Assembly (NCBI RefSeq): GCF_001194135.2
Contig: NC_068986.1
Location: forward strand, 31,878,837 to 31,914,851
Source: Octopus bimaculoides
Taxonomy: Eukaryota
Direction: 5' to 3'
DNA: 36,015 nucleotides
Part shown: positions 11,411 to 23,973 of the stretch, in pieces
How positions within the stretch are numbered: the first letter of the stretch is position 1
Layout of the letters: each line of letters opens with the position of its first letter
Program-made: the position numbers and the translations under genes
The notes under the pieces: model-generated
Database searches by the model: none
Told to the model about the DNA's origin: nothing
The model's input: only the letters and a program-made list of their open reading frames with translations

Positions 11411-11938
11411 GTTGTTGTTGTTGTTGATATTATTATTTCAATTTACATCTCTTTTCTTTTTTGTTTTCGTTCTCTTTCTCTCGCTCCTCCCCCCATTTTC
11501 TTTTTTCTTTTTCTTTCTTTTTTTCTCACAGTGTTGGCAGCCGATACAGTGTCTCAGGTTTATCCCCGGGGGTATTGCTAAATTATACCATAAACTGCTG
11601 ATATGAACCCGAAATTAGTTCTCGGTTTGAAAGAAGATTACTAGAAGTAGGCCCACAGATTAAAATCAATATTCTTCCAGGAATTATATCTTGAGGGGAC
11701 AATTTAGGTTGAACACCGGCCTGTCGCTGTTTCACGCAGAAGCATTATTTTTTTTTTTTCGTTTCTTTCTAATATTATTGTGTTTTAGTTATAAACCTTT
11801 TTATCCATTATTCATATTTAGGTTTAGTTATTTTTATTTTCATGTTTATTTCTCGTATTTTGCATTGCAATACACTTTTTTTTTCATAGTTGAAAATATC
11901 TAAATCGAAAGCCTCAATATTATACACACACATATGCA

Positions 11939-11977
<39 letters not shown>

Positions 11978-11999
11978 ACATCTATCTATATATACATTA

Positions 12000-12035
<36 letters not shown>

Positions 12036-12341
12036 TGTATGTATGTATGTATGTATACATACACACACACATATATATATGTATATATATATGTATACAT
12101 ACATCCACACACACATATATATAAAGATGCATTTGTATATATACACAATCTTCCATTTTATCATCAAACCACATTAAACAAACAGTCAATATATGCATAT
12201 ATATATGCACATGCATACATACTTACATACACACACACACACATGTATATATATATATTTATATACATACACAGACATATATGTATATATATATATATAA
12301 ACACTCGTGCACAGTTATGAAATACATATATACAGATGTAC

Positions 12342-12398
<57 letters not shown>

Positions 12399-12431
12399 AT
12401 CTATCCATCATCTATCTACCTCCTCTCTCTC

Positions 12432-12462
<31 letters not shown>

Positions 12463-12749
12463 ATATATATACACACACAGTCAGACTACACAAGCACAAA
12501 ACGATAAACTCGATCTCCTTTGCACCCTGTTTGTTTGTCTGTTCGTCTGTTTCCCTCCTTCCCTCAGGCCCCCCCCTCTCTCCACACACATACATATATG
12601 TCTACATGAACATAAATACGCGCGTGTACATATATATATATTTATATATTTATATATGTATGAATATGTAAATGTATGTATATATGTATATATATGTATG
12701 TAAGTATATATATGTATATATATATACATACATATATTTATATATGCAC

Positions 12750-12817
<68 letters not shown>

Positions 12818-13331
12818 GCATACACACACATATATACATACATATATATACACACACATGCACTCACGAGAGCGCTTGCACGTACACAGATACACACAAC
12901 ACGTACAATGCACCCACACACACACATATATTTAAAAAAATGGAGGAAAAAGAGCTAAAAGAAACATGTTGATAAAGTCAGAAAGATTATATTTTGTGTA
13001 AAGGAATTCTGTATTGTAATGACTACTTTTGAACAATACAGAATTGTTACTCTTCTTTCTGTCTCATCTTTTTCGTTGCTACTTCTTCACTTGTAAATCT
13101 ACAATTTCACCGATGAGTAAATATGCAGGGGGAAAAAACATAAAACCTCAAAATAACGACTAAGCATAGCAAACGTAGCTCATATGTGCCTGCTAGGATA
13201 TATGTATATATATATATATATACGCGTGTTTGTGTTTACATATGTATGTGTGTGTGTATGTGCATATATATATATGTATATGTACATACATATATTTATA
13301 TATATATATATATATATATATNNNNNNNNNN

Positions 13332-13510
13332 GTACCTGTATTTTAACGGTCCAGCCTTGTCACACTGTGTCACGCTAAATATCCCCGAGATCTACGTTAA
13401 GGTACACGTGTCTGTAGAGTGCTCAGCCACTTGCACGTTAATTTCACGAGCAGGCTGTTCCGTTGATCGGATCAACTGGAACCCTCGACGTCGTAAGCGA
13501 CGGAATGCCG
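13332..13510 (+). mobile_element. Core and 3' module of SINE family D (5' part in the gap)
   Basis: cagccttgtcacactgtgtcacgct…ctacgttaagg-tacacgtgtctgt…cagccacttgcacgttaatttcacgagcaggctgttcc…cgacgga is shared with 34327-34506 and 20985-21165 (-). Confidence 0.9.
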
Positions 13511-14160
13511 ACATCAACAAACAATATTGCTCATATGAAAAACCACCATATTTGTATTCAAAATACAGAAAACTCCCCTAAGATATTTCCCTTCAAACAT
13601 ATTTTATATTGTCTTAATATTCCTCTCTATTAGCTCATCTTTTTCTGTATCTAGTACTCATTCTTAATTGTAACGAGTAGAATACATTTCGCTTGAGGAG
13701 GTCTAATAAAATTAAAACATGTCCTTTGCTTCATCAATTGGTTTGAAACACCAGTTTAACTTACATCTAAATTGTCTATATTGACCTTAAATTTCGATCA
13801 ACTGAGCTCATTGTAATTATTCCACTTTGATTGTTATTTTTAGATCTTAAACACGCATACAGAGAAGCATTTTTTTCTACCAATTGCTTGCCGTGTGCAT
13901 CCAATTCTGTTCTCATTATGGAGCCAGGAAAGGAAAAAAAAAAGATAAAAAACTCGTGTAGGTATAGTTTATACTTCTGAAAGTTGAACCAGTTTCTTTA
14001 ATTCACTACAGAAGATATTTTCATTTTTTATTTTTCACTCAAACGTACTTCAGGAATATTCTTTTTATTCTAAATTCTTCTTTGTAGCAATTCGACACCG
14101 CCATATTCCCTTTCCAGATGTGTTGATGACATTTATCGTTCTCTCCACCGTACATTTTGT

Positions 14161-14208
<48 letters not shown>

Positions 14209-15789
14209 CTATCTGTGTATATATGTATCCATNNNNNNNNNNATATATATATATATGATTTTCTTTCTCCTGTTCGTTTTTTTTTCCACATGACTACCAA
14301 TCATCTCATCATTTTTATTTTCAGTATTTTTTCTAAATTTTTTTTTCTCGTATTTCTGTACTTTTCAGTATGATTTCCATTTAAAGATGACTTTAGCCTT
14401 AATTCTAGGTCATGTTTTGTAAGTAAAATAACTGATAATTTACAAACCTTGTTAGACGATGATACGGTCAGTTGTTTCTCTTCGACAAATTTTTAGAGTA
14501 AAAAAAGGAAGTAAATAAATAGATAATAATAAAATATAAAGATAATAATAAAATATAAACCAAAACCAAAACCAAATATTTGAAAGTATAATAGACAAAC
14601 AAACAAAACATACCAAAACACACACACAAAAATCTAAAAACATACATAAATTTCTTGAGAAATGTTATTTTGCACAAATTATCTGTCACTAAAGTAAATT
14701 AAGCCGATACTGGATATTAGAATAACTGTTGACACAGATACCAAGCAATAGCTATTATTACAACATTTATGTAGCCAACAATGGAAATGCGATATTCGCA
14801 AACATTCTTATGTAGAGGCGAAAATGCCAAGTAGATAAAGAATTAAAGTACAGTGTCAAGGACTGTGCTTTCAATTGATTAAAGACCTTTTGTTTTGTTT
14901 CTGGACAGAACACTTTATTGAAACGTCATTCACTTCATTTGGTCATCAGGAATAAATCAATAATAAAGTCTTCAGAGACAATTATCTGTGATAGACAAGG
15001 GTCATATCCAGGAGAGATTTGTTACTCCTAAACACAGCCGCCGCTTCATCCACAACCAGTGCTATCACCACCACCACCACCATGTTCACTTGCTCGTCTA
15101 CCATCTATCATCAAGGACTCCCATCACACCTTACACTTCTTCAAACTCCTTCCTTCCCCTTTCTGTTCTTCTAAACTCCTTTTCACATAACACGTAGAAG
15201 CCCTGTACATCACTAGCCTTCATGACGGTGCCGTTTCAACCTTCAATTATATCTTTCATTGCGGCACCAATGTTGAAGCAAACACACCAACGTTTGTTCA
15301 CGTCAGTGAACTCATCTTAACTTCAATTGCTTCTTCTCTGATGATTTCTAGAAAAATTCCATTGAAGTAGCAATGGGGACTAAGTTGGACCTCAAACACG
15401 CTACGTTCGTTGGCCACGTTGAATCCCACATTGAATCCTCATTTTCTCCTCTTATGTGAGAACATGTATCCAGTCGCACTCATGCCACACATTTAAGGCT
15501 CCTGGGGTCTGTGTTTCTTTTCCTCTTCGTCTCTCATTTTGGGCAGTTCATTACGTTTTACGCAAAAAGGTTCATACACACGTCTATATATATTTTTTGA
15601 CGAAAGTGTGGCTGAGCATGTGCGTGTTTCAAGCGAGGGTGGATGAGTTTATACATATAGGCGCATGTACGTGGGTGTACGGGCATGCATGTGTATGCAC
15701 GGACTGGTGCGCTTATGCGAATACTATGAACATTTTTACTCCCTTACCTTTATTCCCTCCCCTCACTTACCGATCATTCTAATAGCTCT

Positions 15790-15962
15790 TTTGTCTTAAT
15801 AACGGTCAACCACACAGTAATTTCCCCTTGTTTAACGGTCATTTTCATAGCATTTTTCAATGGCCAGATAACTGAAGAGATGGCGGCGTGGGTTTCTGCC
15901 CCGGCATCCGAAACTCGGAGTTTTATCATGGCTACCGAATAATTGTCGCATATTATTTACAG
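15790..15962 (+). mobile_element. Probable Penelope-like solo pseudo-LTR or retrozyme-like repeat carrying a hammerhead, followed by (TATC)n
   Basis: Contains the hammerhead below. Boundaries are approximate and the 3' end abuts (TATC)n at about 15963. Confidence 0.5.
15863..15932 (+). ncRNA. Type I hammerhead ribozyme
   Basis: GCCAGAUAA|CUGAAGA|GAUG…CAUC C|GAA|ACUC-G-GAGU|U|UUAUC-A-UGGC. Stem I has 9 bp with one bulge, the catalytic core is intact, and helix III is palindromic. Confidence 0.85.
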
Positions 15963-15963
15963 A

Positions 15964-16024
<61 letters not shown>

Positions 16025-16645
16025 CTCTCTCTCTCTCTCTATATANNNNNNNNNNNNNNNNNNNNNNNNNNNNNNNNNNNNNNNNNNNNNNNNNNNNNNN
16101 NNNNNNNNNNNNNNNNNNNNNNNNNNNNNNNNNNNNNNNNNNNNNNNNNNNNNNNNNNNNNNNNNNNNNNNNNNNNNNNNNNNNNNNNNNNNNNNNNNNN
16201 NNNNNNNNNNNNNNNNNNNNNNNNNNNNNNNNNNNNNNNNNNNNNNNNNNNNNNNNNNNNNNNNNNNNNNNNNNNNNNNNNNNNNNNNNNNNNNNNNNNN
16301 NNNNNNNNNNNNNNNNNNNNNNNNNNNNNNNNNNNNNNNNNNNNNNNNNNNNNNNNNNNNNNNNNNNNNNNNNNNNNNNNNNNNNNNNNNNNNNNNNNNN
16401 NNNNNNNNNNNNNNNNNNNNNNNNNNNNNNNNNNNNNNNNNNNNNNNNNNNNNNNNNNNNNNNNNNNNNNNNNNNNNNNNNNNNNNNNNNNNNNNNNNNN
16501 NNNNNNNNNNNNNNNNNNNNNNNNNNNNNNNNNNNNNNNNNNNNNNNNNNNNNNNNNNNNNNNNNNNNNNNNNNNNNNNNNNNNNNNNNNNNNNNNTATA
16601 TATAATGTATATTATCGTATTTAATCATTTTTATCTACATAACTG

Positions 16646-16709
<64 letters not shown>

Positions 16710-16970
16710 CCAATCTGTCTGTCTGCCTATCTATTACATTTATGTAGATACTCTATATGAGTATATAAATGCCTAAATATTTCACAACCAGATTCAAAAA
16801 TTTTTAAAAGACAATAAATAATGATGACCATGAGATAAATTAAGAATGGAAATGATGACGGAAAGTAGAAGGAGATAGAAGAGGAGAGAGTAAGGATGAT
16901 TAAGAAGAGAAAGAGAAAGAGTAAAAATAAGATGAACGACGACGATGATGGTTATAATAATGCTTTCACG

Positions 16971-17173
16971 TTTTGGCACAAGGCTAGCAATTTCGGGGGA
17001 GGGGTTTAGTCGATTCTCTCGACCCCAGTGCCCAACTGGTACTTATTTTATCAACCTCGAAAGAATGAAAGGCAAAGTCGACATCGGTGGAATTTGAACT
17101 CAGAACATAGAGACGGATGAAATGCTGCTTAGCATTTTGCCCGGCGTGCTAAGGATTCTGCCAGCTCACCACT
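16971..17173 (-). mobile_element. SINE family A
   Basis: Full alignment to the reverse complement of 5410-5615. Confidence 0.9.
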
Positions 17174-17229
<56 letters not shown>

Positions 17230-17428
17230 TTCTACTATAGGCACAAGGCCTGAAATTTTTTGGGAAGGGGCAAGTCGATTACATCGACGTCAGTACTCGA
17301 CTGGTACTTAATTTATCAACCCCGGAAGAATGAAAGGTAAAGTTGACCTTTGTGGAATTTGAACTCAGAACGAAATAACGCTAAGTATTTTGCCCGGGGT
17401 GCTAACGATTCTGCCAGCTCGCTGCCTT
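17230..17428 (-). mobile_element. SINE family A, tandem second copy flanked by (TAA)n on both sides
   Basis: Aligns to 16971-17173. (TAA)n lies at about 17175-17229 and 17432-17605. Confidence 0.9.
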
Positions 17429-17430
17429 CA

Positions 17431-17608
<178 letters not shown>

Positions 17609-18433
17609 TCTAAGGAGAGTGAGATATTGAAACATGAAGAGTGAGAATATAAATAAATATTAGTAATAAACAAGAGTAAAAACAGTAAAGAAAAATAAAG
17701 TGCTAACCACCATCATCACCACTATCATCAACATCATTATCATCATCATCATCGTCCTCATCGACAGCAGCAACAACAACAACATCATCATCAGAAGCAG
17801 TAGCTGCAGCTGGGTGAAATAAATTTCCTGTGTTGCCGCTGTTACAGTACAGAAGGCAAACCCTGTTCAAAAATGTTATTTAAGCCAAAGAACAACTTGA
17901 ATGAGACGTCTGCCATTCTAATTGATAATCATTATCGGCAATAAGCATGAGACAGGGCCTTAATGGAAGTGGAATTAAAGGACTCTTAATGGAATTTAAG
18001 TTTGAATTAGATGTCTATTAAAATCTAGACACCCAAATGAAGTGGCATCATTTGTTAATAAAACTACGTCAAAAGAAACACATTTGCAAAAATCACTCGC
18101 ACCTCGCTTCTCTTCTCTTCGCCATCTTTTCAAACATAATACGACCATGCACGCCACATACACAAACAAACACGACTACACACACTCATACACAAGCACA
18201 CAGGTTCACATACACTCACACGCAAACACACACGCTCACATACCCTCATACACATACAAACACGCATCTGTTAATATGTTAATTTCGTTAATAGCCAACG
18301 ATGCACACATACATACACACACCAACGAACACACACATACATACACACACCAACGCACACACACATATACAATACACACACACATACACACGCACGTATA
18401 TATACATGAATATATATATATATATATACACAC

Positions 18434-18522
<89 letters not shown>

Positions 18523-19048
18523 CACATATATAAACACGCATATACACAGAGATACGCACACACATACAAATACAGACATATATGTATGTGTGTGTGTGCG
18601 TGTGTGTGTGTGTGTGTGTGTGAGTGTGTGTGTGTGTGTATACGTATTCATGTTTGTGTATTAACAAAATTATCAAACAGAGATGTCTTAGATTTTCACG
18701 TTAAACAATCGATCATTTAATTTCGACATATTGTGTACTTCATACTTCAAGAAAAAGAATCTACGGCTTAATTATTCCTACGTCTCACTAATATACCGAA
18801 TTTGCGTTTCATTCTTAGATATTCTATAGAGTCTCCAAGATTTCAACTGCCACATACACACTTTCTCTCTGTGTATATATTTCATACTTCGCAACTATTC
18901 TCTCACGCAATATAAATGGTGAATGAATCACGCACCTCCGTATACGGTTACTTATACATTACACCTTGAACACGCATTAAGACGCAACAACTCCGGCACG
19001 CGTGCACGCACTGTATACAAATCCACGCACACACATTCAGTCATTTGC

Positions 19049-19144
<96 letters not shown>

Positions 19145-19229
19145 GTATGTATGTATATATGTATATATATGCATGTATGTGTATATATATGTATATATAT
19201 ATGTATACATATATATATGTAAACACCTG

Positions 19230-19275
<46 letters not shown>

Positions 19276-19373
19276 CATTGTGTATGTTGCTAAATATGTA
19301 TGTATCTATCTAGATACATACATCTATACATGTGTGTGCGTGTGTGTGTTTGTGTGTGCGTGTGTGTGTGTTT

Positions 19374-19411
<38 letters not shown>

Positions 19412-19930
19412 ATATATGGTATCAGGCAAAAAGAAAGAGGAAAGAAGGCACAGAAGAAACAAAAGAAGCACAGACAGAAAGGAGAGAGAGAGAAAGAGAG
19501 AGAGATAGAGAGAGAGAGAGAGAAAGAGAGAGAAAGGGAGAGAGAGACAGAAAGATATAAAGTATAAGAAAGAGAAAGAAAAATAGAGAGAAGGGAAGAG
19601 CAAGAAAGTAAGGGAAGGACGAGATATATAAAGAAAGAAAGGAAGAAAGAAAGAAAGGAAGAAAGAAAGAAAGAAAAAAAGAATGAAAGAGTGAAAAACG
19701 AAAGATAAAGAAATATGAGTTAAACGGCGTAATTCCAATTATATCTCATTACTGGTTTTTCTTTGTTCACTTTCTATTTTATCTTCCGTTTATTTATTTA
19801 ATATAATTTACAATATGTACTTGCATCTTTGTTTTCTCCTCAGTCGACAGAACGTTATTAATAAGTTGGTCATTGATGACTTTCTCACTGACGAACAGCC
19901 TCTCGATTCTTTTTGAATACTAATCTAACG

Positions 19931-19986
19931 TTTATTATCATATGTGGAGCAGCCTACACGCAAACACAAGCTCAACACACACACAC
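19931..19986. repeat. Short dispersed repeat ending in (AC)n, copy 1
   Basis: tttattatcata…agcctacacgcaaacacaagctcaac(ac)n is shared with 21937-21990. Confidence 0.8.
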
Positions 19987-20029
19987 GGACACGGACACAC
20001 AGATGTATACAGCCACACCCACAAACATG

Positions 20030-20112
<83 letters not shown>

Positions 20113-20436
20113 NNNNNNNNNNGATGTCACTACTGTTCATATCATCTGTGGATAAATTCAAAATTTGATGATATCACCAGTAGTAGCATTGGTGGAACGC
20201 AGTTATGATAGCTTTAAGGAGCTATGAAATATCGTAATGATGCTTAATGAGCATCTAGCTGCTAGAAATAAGAGCCAAGTCTTAAATAATCCACCGTAGC
20301 GCACCAATATAACAGAGAAAAACAGTATGCGAGGAAAACAGACAGAATTAAAACATTTAACAGCACAAATAAAAATATGCAATTACGGATATCCACAAAC
20401 CAGGTCTCTGCTTTTGGTTATTCAACCTTGAGCTTC

Positions 20437-20472
<36 letters not shown>

Positions 20473-20863
20473 ATCGATAGATGGATAGATACATGAATAC
20501 AGACAGAAACAGACGTTTATATATGTGTGTTATAGGCAGAGTGTGGGACTAAGGCATTGTTTCAGAAAGTTCTTCGATAAAATATGTCGCAAATATGAGC
20601 AAACTACGAAATAAGTTTATTTCATTCTGTCCTTATATACTTTACCTAAGGATTTGAAAAGAATACGTATTCTATCGGATTTCTATAAATTTTTAAAGCA
20701 AAGTGTAATATAAGAGACATCAGTTGCTGGACAGAAAACTTTTCGAAATCGATGAAGCTTAAACTAATTATAAATATAATATAAAACGAAGATGAGAAAC
20801 GATTTTATAAGCGAACTGTTATTGAAATCTATACTAAAAGCGCAGGAGTAGTTATAGACACTA

Positions 20864-20984
20864 CAGGAGTGGCTGTGTGGCAAGGAGCTTGCTTCCCAAC
20901 CACATGGTTCCGGATTCAGTCTCACTGCGCGGCACCTTGGGCAAGTGTCTTCTGCTATAGACTTGGACCGACCAAAAGCCTTGT
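20864..20984 (+). mobile_element. SINE family C, tRNA-like head, interrupted by an insertion
   Basis: caggagtggctgtgtggcaag…ggttccggattcagtctc…ttgggcaagtgtcttct…aagccttgt matches the reverse complement of 30465-30560. Confidence 0.9.
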
Positions 20985-21282
20985 TGGCACTCCGTCGCTT
21001 ACGACGTCGAGGGTTCCAATTGATTCGATCAATGGAACAGCCTGCTCGTGAAATTAACGTACAAGTGGCTGAGCAATCCACAGACACGTGTACCCTTAAC
21101 GTAGTTCTCGGAGGATATTCAGCGTGACACAGTGTGACAAGGCTGACCCTTTGAATTACAGGCACAACAGAAACAGGAAGTAAGAGTGAGAGAAAGTCGT
21201 GGTGGAAGAGTACAGCAGGATTCGCCACCATCCCTTGCCGGAGCCTCGTGGAGCTTTAGGTGTTTTCGCTCAATAAACACTC
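20985..21282 (-). mobile_element. SINE with the family D core but a different upstream module, nested in SINE C
   Basis: 20985-21165 is the reverse complement of the D core (13332-13510, 34327-34506). 21166-21282 has no match to the D tRNA head. Confidence 0.88.
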
Positions 21283-21449
21283 NNNNNNNNNNNNNNNNNN
21301 NNNNNNNNNNNNNNNNNNNNNNNNNNNNNNNNNNNNNNNNNNNNNNNNNNNNNNNNNNNNNNNNNNNNNNNNNNNNNNNNNNNNNNNNNNNNNNNNNNNN
21401 NNNNNNNNNNNNNNNNNNNNNNNNNNNNNNNNNNNNNNNNNNNNNNNNN

Positions 21450-21509
<60 letters not shown>

Positions 21510-21517
<8 letters not shown>

Positions 21518-21745
21518 GTGTGTATGTATATATTTGTGTCTGTGTCTGTGTTTGTCCCCCCTCCATCGCTTGCCAACCGATGTTGGTGTGTTTACGTCCC
21601 CCGTAATTTACCGGTTCGGAAAAAGGGACCGACAGAATAAGTACTAGGCTTACAAAGTATAAGTTACTGGAGTTGGTCTGTTCGACTAAAGGCGGTGCTC
21701 CAGCATGGCCGCAGTCAAATGACCGAAACGAACAAAAGAATAAAA
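21510..21745 (+). mobile_element. SINE family C, body and 3' tail
   Basis: gtttgtccccc…tgtttacgtcccc…gaataagtactaggcttacaaag…ggcggtgctccagcatggccgcagtcaaatgac matches the reverse complement of 30117-30330. Confidence 0.92.
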
Positions 21746-21790
21746 TTAATATATTCTGGTACCTCATTTTAGTATTCTCTTTATTCTTTT

Positions 21791-21933
21791 TTACTCTAGG
21801 CATAAAGTCCGAAATTTTAGGAGAGGGCTCCAGTCAATTAGATCGACCCCAGTACGCAACTGTTACTTAATTTATCGACCCCGAAAGTACGAAAGGCAAA
21901 GTAGATCTCGGCAGGATTTGAACTCAGAACATA
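21791..21933 (-). mobile_element. SINE family A, 5' truncated
   Basis: Aligns to 17230-17370. Confidence 0.85.
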
Positions 21934-21936
21934 ACA

Positions 21937-21990
21937 TTTATTATCATACGTAGAGCCTACACGCAAACACAAGCTCAACACACACACACA
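21937..21990. repeat. Short dispersed repeat ending in (AC)n, copy 2
   Basis: Shares an identical 26-nt core with 19951-19976. Confidence 0.8.
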
Positions 21991-22431
21991 CTATCTTATA
22001 ACACATCATGAAGTACATTTAATGTAATTAAATCAATGTCTTCTCTGCATCCAAAGAGAGTCTCATATGGTAAAATCTTGATACCATCATCGTAGGCCAA
22101 ATCTATCATTAAACAGGCCATCCGGAAGCCAACTCTCCATAGATTGCTTTTCTCTCCCTGACCCGTATCAGGAAAATGTTTTCTGCAGTCTAATCTATGT
22201 TCCAAACGGCACTGGCCTTATCTATGATGAGGTTTTCCATAGAAAATCAGAAGTTGTGGCTAATAGTGTTAAAGACTCGAAAAATAGAACTGACTGGAAA
22301 ATTCCCACCTGTTGTCTAATTGCTAGTCAGATAGTACTCCAACAAAATTTAAAATGTTAATCAAGCACTAGGCTATCTCTTCAGTCCACTTGGCTTTAAT
22401 AGCTTTAAAAACATTAAGGAACAATACTTTA

Positions 22432-22568
22432 TTATATCCATCTGGAAGGAATTAAAGGCAAAGCTGACCACGGTGGGATTTGAACTTTAAAGATAAAAAG
22501 CCGAAAGAAATACAAAAAAAAAAAAAGCAGCAGTTTTTCCGACATTAACGATTCTGTCATTCCAGCGC
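22432..22568 (-). mobile_element. SINE family A, degraded
   Basis: aaaggcaaagctgaccacggtgggatttgaact…aacgattctg matches family A. Confidence 0.65.
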
Positions 22569-22609
22569 TCTTTTATAATAGATCTTGATTTCGACCAGTG
22601 ATTTTTTTT

Positions 22610-22790
22610 TTGGCAGGTGGATGTTAGTCTATAATATCGACCCTATTGTTTGATTGTTATTTTATTTATATTAACTTTGAAGGATAAAACGCAAACTTGA
22701 CCTCGACTGGATTTGAACAGAGAAGGTACGAAACTAGGACAAATATATCATTTGTCCGCTGTTCCTTTGGTTCTGCCAATCCTTCGCCCT
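22610..22790 (-). mobile_element. SINE family A, degraded
   Basis: tcgaccc…gcaaacttgacctcgactggatttgaac…ttctgccaatccttcgcc matches family A. Confidence 0.6.
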
Positions 22791-23051
22791 TTTTATTTTT
22801 CCTCTGTCAATAAAACATCAGTCAAGTACTGCGATTGTATCTTTTATCAAAATGTGTCGGTCTTGTGTCTAGCTTCGAACTCGATACTATCAGGCAATTA
22901 TGATTCGTAATTGGTTGGTTGCATGTTGCTTCAGGTCTTGTATATGAAATTGGGTTTAAGATAAAAGGGCGGAAGTAAGTCGGAATAGGTCCACTTGTTA
23001 TTTTTCTGTAGTACGTGTAATTTATTTACTGTCCAATATATCTTTTACCGT

Positions 23052-23300
23052 GGATGCGCGTGGTTTAGTGTGTCAGTATCATGACCGTAAGATTGTGGTT
23101 TCGATTCCTTGACCGGGCGACGCGTTGTGTTCTTGAGCAAAACACTTCATTTTACGTTGCTCCAGTCCACTCAGCTGGCAAAAATGAGTAACGCTGCGAT
23201 GGAGTGGCCTCCCGTCCAGCTGGGGAACACATACGCCATTGAAACCGGGAAACCGGGCCCATGAGCCTGGCTAGGTTTTAAAATGGCGCATTTATTTTTT
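23052..23300 (+). mobile_element. tRNA-derived SINE with the family D head but a different body
   Basis: Box A gtggtttagtg, box B gtttcgattcc. The module cgacgcgttgtg…gagcaa…ctccagtccactca…aaaaatgagta is shared with 34190-34326. It continues gctgcgatggagtggcctcccgtccag, resembling a V-SINE-type domain (from memory). Confidence 0.85.
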
Positions 23301-23738
23301 TATCATACCTTTAACCATTTAGTAAGAAGGAAGGACAACGCCTATAATCTTTTATTTATTCAGGAATTCCAAGACTAGCAGAAAGAAGGTATATATATNN
23401 NNNNNNNNNNNNNNNNNNNNNNNNNNNNNNNNNNNNNNNNNNNNNNNNNNNNNNNNNNNNNNNNNNNNNNNNNNNNNNNNNNNNNNNNNNNNNNNNNNNN
23501 NNNNNNNNNNNNNNNNNNNNNNNNNNNNNNNNNNNNNNNNNNNNNNNNNNNNNNNNNNNNNNNNNNNNNNNNNNNNNNNNNNNNNNNNNNNNNNNNNNNN
23601 NNNNNNNNNNNNNNNNNNNNNNNNNNNNNNNNNNNNNNNNNNNNNNNNNNNNNNNNNNNNNNNNNNNNNNNNNNNNNNNNNNNNNNNNNNNNNNNNNNNN
23701 NNNNNNNNNNNNNNNNNNNNNNNNNNNNNNNNNNNNNN

Positions 23739-23775
<37 letters not shown>

Positions 23776-23777
<2 letters not shown>

Positions 23778-23933
23778 AGAGTAAGCACATAAATATGAAA
23801 TAAGGTGGGAAAAAATTGTACTCGAATATCAGAGGTAGTGTTATATGATTTATAAATAAAGCTGCAAAAACATCATAAAAAACTGTTACTCAGAGTTTCA
23901 CGTTCCCGTTCGTCGGACAATTTTAGTTGAGAA
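23776..23933 (-). mobile_element. Probable Penelope-like solo pseudo-LTR carrying a hammerhead, flanked by (TA)n
   Basis: Complex segment of about 160 bp between TA-repeat tracts; it contains the hammerhead below. Confidence 0.55.
23881..23922 (-). ncRNA. Minimal type I hammerhead ribozyme with a U4C core variant
   Basis: AAUUGU|CCGACGA|ACG-GGAA-CGU|GAA|ACUC-U-GAGU|A|ACAGUU. Stem I has 6 bp (one GU), stem II is capped by a GNRA loop, and the predicted cleavage is after GUA. Confidence 0.75.
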
Positions 23934-23940
23934 ATATATA

Positions 23941-23973
<33 letters not shown>

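Noticed and set aside
14905-14950. GAAACGTC and TCATCAG near each other; also CTGANGA hits at about 15338, 19888, 27585 and 31186
   Set aside because: The order, strand or stems are incompatible with a hammerhead fold.
15330-15420. Minus-strand LSP…FN-IFLEII-EA, resembling RTE-type RT
   Set aside because: Too short and degraded to support without a profile search.
22000-22330. Minus-strand ORF and weak CR1-like RT hints (FNTISH)
   Set aside because: The motifs are not co-linear or strong enough.
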